From: Eledone cirrhosa
Taxonomy: Eukaryota
Assembly (NCBI GenBank): GCA_964016885.1
Contig: OZ024742.1
Span: 351,726,001-351,790,000 of the forward strand
Reading direction: 5' to 3'
DNA: 64,000 nt
The number at the start of each line of letters is the position of its first letter. Within the stretch, counting starts at the first letter, position 1. Below, one piece after another: positions 60,232-64,000 of this stretch. Under the pieces are notes generated by a model that saw only the letters and a program-made list of their open reading frames with translations, ran no database searches and was not told the origin of the DNA. The position numbers and the translations under genes are program-made.

Positions 60232-60439
60232 TAATGGTTGTCTGTGTATCTCGGTCTGTGACTAAATAGAGAAATTTACTATGACATGTAGTAATTTAAT
60301 ATATCTACAAAATTACCCATACACATATGTACATAGTTTATGTATATATATTAATATGTTTAATATTATATATATATATTAGAAAGTGAGGTTGTTTTAC
60401 AAAATGAAAAATAACCGAGGTGTCCTACACGAGTGAAAG

Positions 60440-60742
60440 TATAAAGACAAAAAGATGAAATCGAAAATGCAACTGGGGTCTTATTTAAAAAAAAAATATA
60501 TATATTTATTTGGTTCCTTTACCGGTTTCGCAGTTCTTCTGCTTTCCAAAAGTAGAGTTGAGATGGAGGGTCTGGGGTTTTTCTCACACCTGATGTGAGA
60601 AAAACCACAGACCATCCATCTCAACTCCACTTTAGAAAAGCAGAAGAACTGCGAAACCGGTAAAGGAACCAAATAAATATATATATTTAAAAAGAAAATA
60701 AGACTCCAGTTGCATTTTCGATTCCATCTTGTTTTCTTTATA
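60440..60742. repeat. About 300-bp imperfect palindrome with HHR 3' half (GAAACCGGTA) in both arms
   Basis: Arms mirror around tctcaca-cctga-tgtgaga (centre about 60591). Confidence 0.92.
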
Positions 60743-60790
60743 TATATATATATATATATAAGATCGAAAGATGGTTAAAAGAGTTCCATA

Positions 60791-60847
60791 TATTTTATTA
60801 TGCGCATTTCAAAAACAATAACATTTGTGTTTTCATCAGATAAAATA
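60791..60847 (-). ncRNA. Type I hammerhead ribozyme, intact core, at PLE 3' end
   Basis: RC: tattttat CTGATGA aaaca..tgttttt GAAA tg cg ca TA ataaaata. 8-bp stem I, AU-rich stem II. Confidence 0.85.
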
Positions 60848-61206
60848 GGAAGACATGATATGAAGGTTAAAAAACACTTGTGAATAGTGCAGTTTTAAAT
60901 CAACATATGAAAAGTAGTTTTAGATTGGTGTGTCATATTGGGAAATCATTTTGAGGGGGGGGGGGGGGTTGGAAACGATGAAAAGGAGGAGGAGATGAGA
61001 ATAAAAAGTGGAGGGGGAGGAGTATAATGAGGAAGAATGAGATAGGAGGAGAGATGTGTGATAGAGAGAGAGAGAGATAGATTTTATAACTGAGAAAAAT
61101 ATATTGTATTACATAGAGAGGTTGAAAAACCGTTGGAAGATAATATATAAATTAAAAGAATTTGAAAATTGACGAAGAGAAAAATAATGTTACGTTAAGG
61201 TTCGTA

Positions 61207-61440
61207 TATTTAAGGGTTTAATAATATGTGCGATGAAAAGAAATTGTTAATATGTATTAAGAATAATATTTATGGGTTTAATAATATGTGCGATGAAAAT
61301 ATATTGTTAATATGTATTAAGAATAATATTTAAGTGTTTAATAATATGTGCGATGGAAAGAAAATGTTAATATGTATTAAGAATAATTTTTAAGGGTTTA
61401 ATAATATGTGCAATGGAAAGAAAATGTTGATATGTATTAT
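61207..61440. repeat. 60-bp minisatellite x4 in PLE 3' UTR
   Basis: ataatatgtg at 61221, 61281, 61341 and 61401. Confidence 0.95.
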
Positions 61441-63586
61441 TAAAAAAAGCAATAGTAATATAAGTAAGGATATATTGTGAAAAAAGTAGAAGATAGGATG
61501 AATAAGTTAGATGTGCATGAAAAGGGAGAACAAATAATGAATTGAGGATGAATAATCTAACGTCAAAAAAATGTTTATGTTTACGAAGGATTTTTTCAAG
61601 GTGATATAAAGTAAGAATATATTGTACTGTGTAATAATTGTTTCTATGTTAGGCACAATGAGAAAAGGTACAGATTATAGGTTAGAAAGTAAAAGAAAAA
61701 GGAAAATAAAAGAAAAAGGAAGAAAGGGAAGTGATAAATAGGAGTGATATAGAATGAGTAACTAGTATTATATAATGTATAATACATAACTTTTAAATAA
61801 GGTAGAAAGATGGGTATATTTTTAAAGAAGTGTATATATATATATATGCCTTTGAGAAAAGGATTTTAAGTTGATAAAGTATTAGATATTAGCTGTATAC
61901 TTTATGGAATGTTCTGTGGAATTTATGCAAGCAGAGAGAAAACAAGTCAGTGCGTTATTATATAATCTAAATCAGATATAATGGTACATTTTTCATTTAA
62001 ACAGAGATTGCAAGTCTTGGATAGAGAACTGTTCAAGTGTGGAGAAGCAGAAGAAACCTTTTTCCAAAAGATATTATATTTAATATTTTTATCTTTCAAG
62101 GACCATATGAGTTCTGAGAGTGCCGTCTTGGTTCTTTTAAGTTGCTATTTAAAAGAGGAATGATGATTATAAAGACGAGCTTTAAAGGAGGTGGAAGTGG
62201 AGCCAAAATAGGTGAAGGAATTGGTGTCAGTTATAACTTTACATTCGTAGATTAAATCTTTCTCAAGACAATTGGTTGTTGAGAGGACATTTATTTTTAA
62301 CAGGGCAATTGCAATTGCGATTAGAGAGATTAGCAGAGTTGTTAACGAGTGACCTAGTGTTATATATAGAAGGAATCGGATTGGAGAAGTTATTTACGAT
62401 AGGAATAATAGTTTCTGGATTTAGAACGGGATTAAGAACATTTATCGAAGTTGTATTTGACGTTGTATTTGGGTTTGCAGAAATTAGCCTAGAGTTTACA
62501 ATGACGTCGGGAGTACTATTACTATTATTATGATATTCAGTGTTGGAAGGAAGATATTTAGTATTTAGTATTTTATTGTTGTGTTTAGAGATAATGTTGG
62601 AAATGTTGGAGGAGGTCGAATAGGAAAATGTTATAGTGTGTTTGTTAAACATTTTACTATAGATATGTGAGGGAGGGAAGCATGTAGTTAAGGCACTAAA
62701 GAATAATTTAGGAATATTATTATTAATAGAGATGGAGAAATGAGCATTATACCATATTATGTTTTTGTATCTAGGTATTTTATTAAAGTTATTGGAATGA
62801 TCATGAATCATTATTCTACTGTAAGATCTTCTAGAATTTGTTTCTTTACTATATTTGATTTTATCAGTATAGCCGGCTTTAGAAAGCGCGTTATTATAGT
62901 AATTGGCGTTAGCATCAAAGATGTTTGTATTAGAAGACAGGTTACATATTTTTTTTCCAATATTACTAACTATAGCATTCTTAATATTAGTGGGGTGGTT
63001 AGATTTAAAATTAACATAATTTAGGTTCTCATTGTTTTTATGGTAAGGGTAATATAGGCCAGTGTCAAGATTAAGCGATACATCCAAGAAATTAGCTAGT
63101 TTGATGCTGTTATCAAATTCAATTTTTAAGTTATGTTGGTTAAAGAGATTACGTATATTGTTCTTAATAATATTAAGGTTAACTATGTTGCAATTTAAGA
63201 TAGTAATGAGTCCATCGTCACGATAAATTCCACCGCGAAGTTGAGGAATTTTCCGACTCAAAGAGTTCAAAATAAAGATACCGATTAAATCTGTCAATTG
63301 GGATGAATAGGATGCTCCCATTGTGATGTCGAAGTTGTTAGAGGTATCAGCTCTGGTCCAATATTCAAGGATGGTTTTACGTGCGGTGAGAATGATGTGA
63401 AGTTCATCTGTGGTGATGTCAGAATATTTAAATGCGAAAGATAGGCATTGTTGAGAAGTGAAGGCGAAATAGAAGAATAGTAGCTGCCAATATCAAATTG
63501 AACAAATTTTAGTTTGTTTTTATTATTCAATTTGTTGAACCTACCAATCACTTCAGAAGTACCAAACCATACATTTAAGTTCAAAG

Positions 63587-64000
63587 AATACAACGTCAAA
63601 CACAGCTACGCTAAATGTTCTTAATCCCATTCTAAATCAAGAAACTATTATTCCTACCGTAAATAACTTCTCCAATCCAATTCCTTCTATAGATAACACT
63701 AGGTCACTCGTTAATAACTCTGCTAATCTCTCTAATCGCAATTGCAATTGCCCTGTTAAAAATAAATGTCCTCTCAACAACCATTGTCTTGAAAAAATAT
63801 TAATCTACGAATATAAAGTTATAACTGACACCAATTCCTTCACCTATTTTGGCTCCACTTCCACCTCGTTTAAAGCTCGTCTTTATAATCATCATTCGTC
63901 TTTTAAATAGCAACTTAAAGGAACCAAGACGGCACTCTCAGAACTCATATGGTCCTTGAAAGACAAAAATATTAAATATAACATCTCTTGGAAAAAGGTT
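63587..64000 (+). mobile_element. Inverted copy of the 3' part of the preceding PLE (continues past window)
   Basis: Reverse complement of about 62063-62470. Confidence 0.9.

Larger units (their letters stand above)
60760..63586 (-). mobile_element. 5'-truncated Naiad-type PLE (RT, GIY-YIG to about 61900, long 3' UTR)
   Basis: [57 protein letters not shown]. Confidence 0.9.

Overview
AT-rich, microsatellite-dense animal DNA. The SINE families and (TA)n density suggest an octopod cephalopod, which is an inference. There is one 200-N gap and no confidently identifiable host gene. Most of the window is retroelement: six Penelope-like element (PLE) copies or fragments (four Naiad-type, three of them retaining a YRDD-like RT; two Neptune/Nematis-type with a Cys-rich linker before GIY-YIG), all embedded in (TA)n; two Dong/R4-type RLE LINEs in (TAA)n; an L1/Tx1-type LINE with related fragments; a CR1-group and an RTE fragment; and about 20 tRNA-derived SINEs. 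Reading by eye finds about 15 type I hammerhead ribozyme (HHR) motifs, intact or decayed, in PLE 3' ends and in small non-coding inserts within (TA)n. The most notable pattern is a series of independent fold-back palindromes and inversions whose breakpoints lie in or next to the HHR (stem II or core). A second set of mirror duplications is centred on (TA)n tracts at retroelement 5' junctions. Together these suggest, as a hypothesis, hairpin-primed synthesis that generates palindromic ribozyme-bearing mini-elements. Coordinates were read manually and may be off by a few bases.
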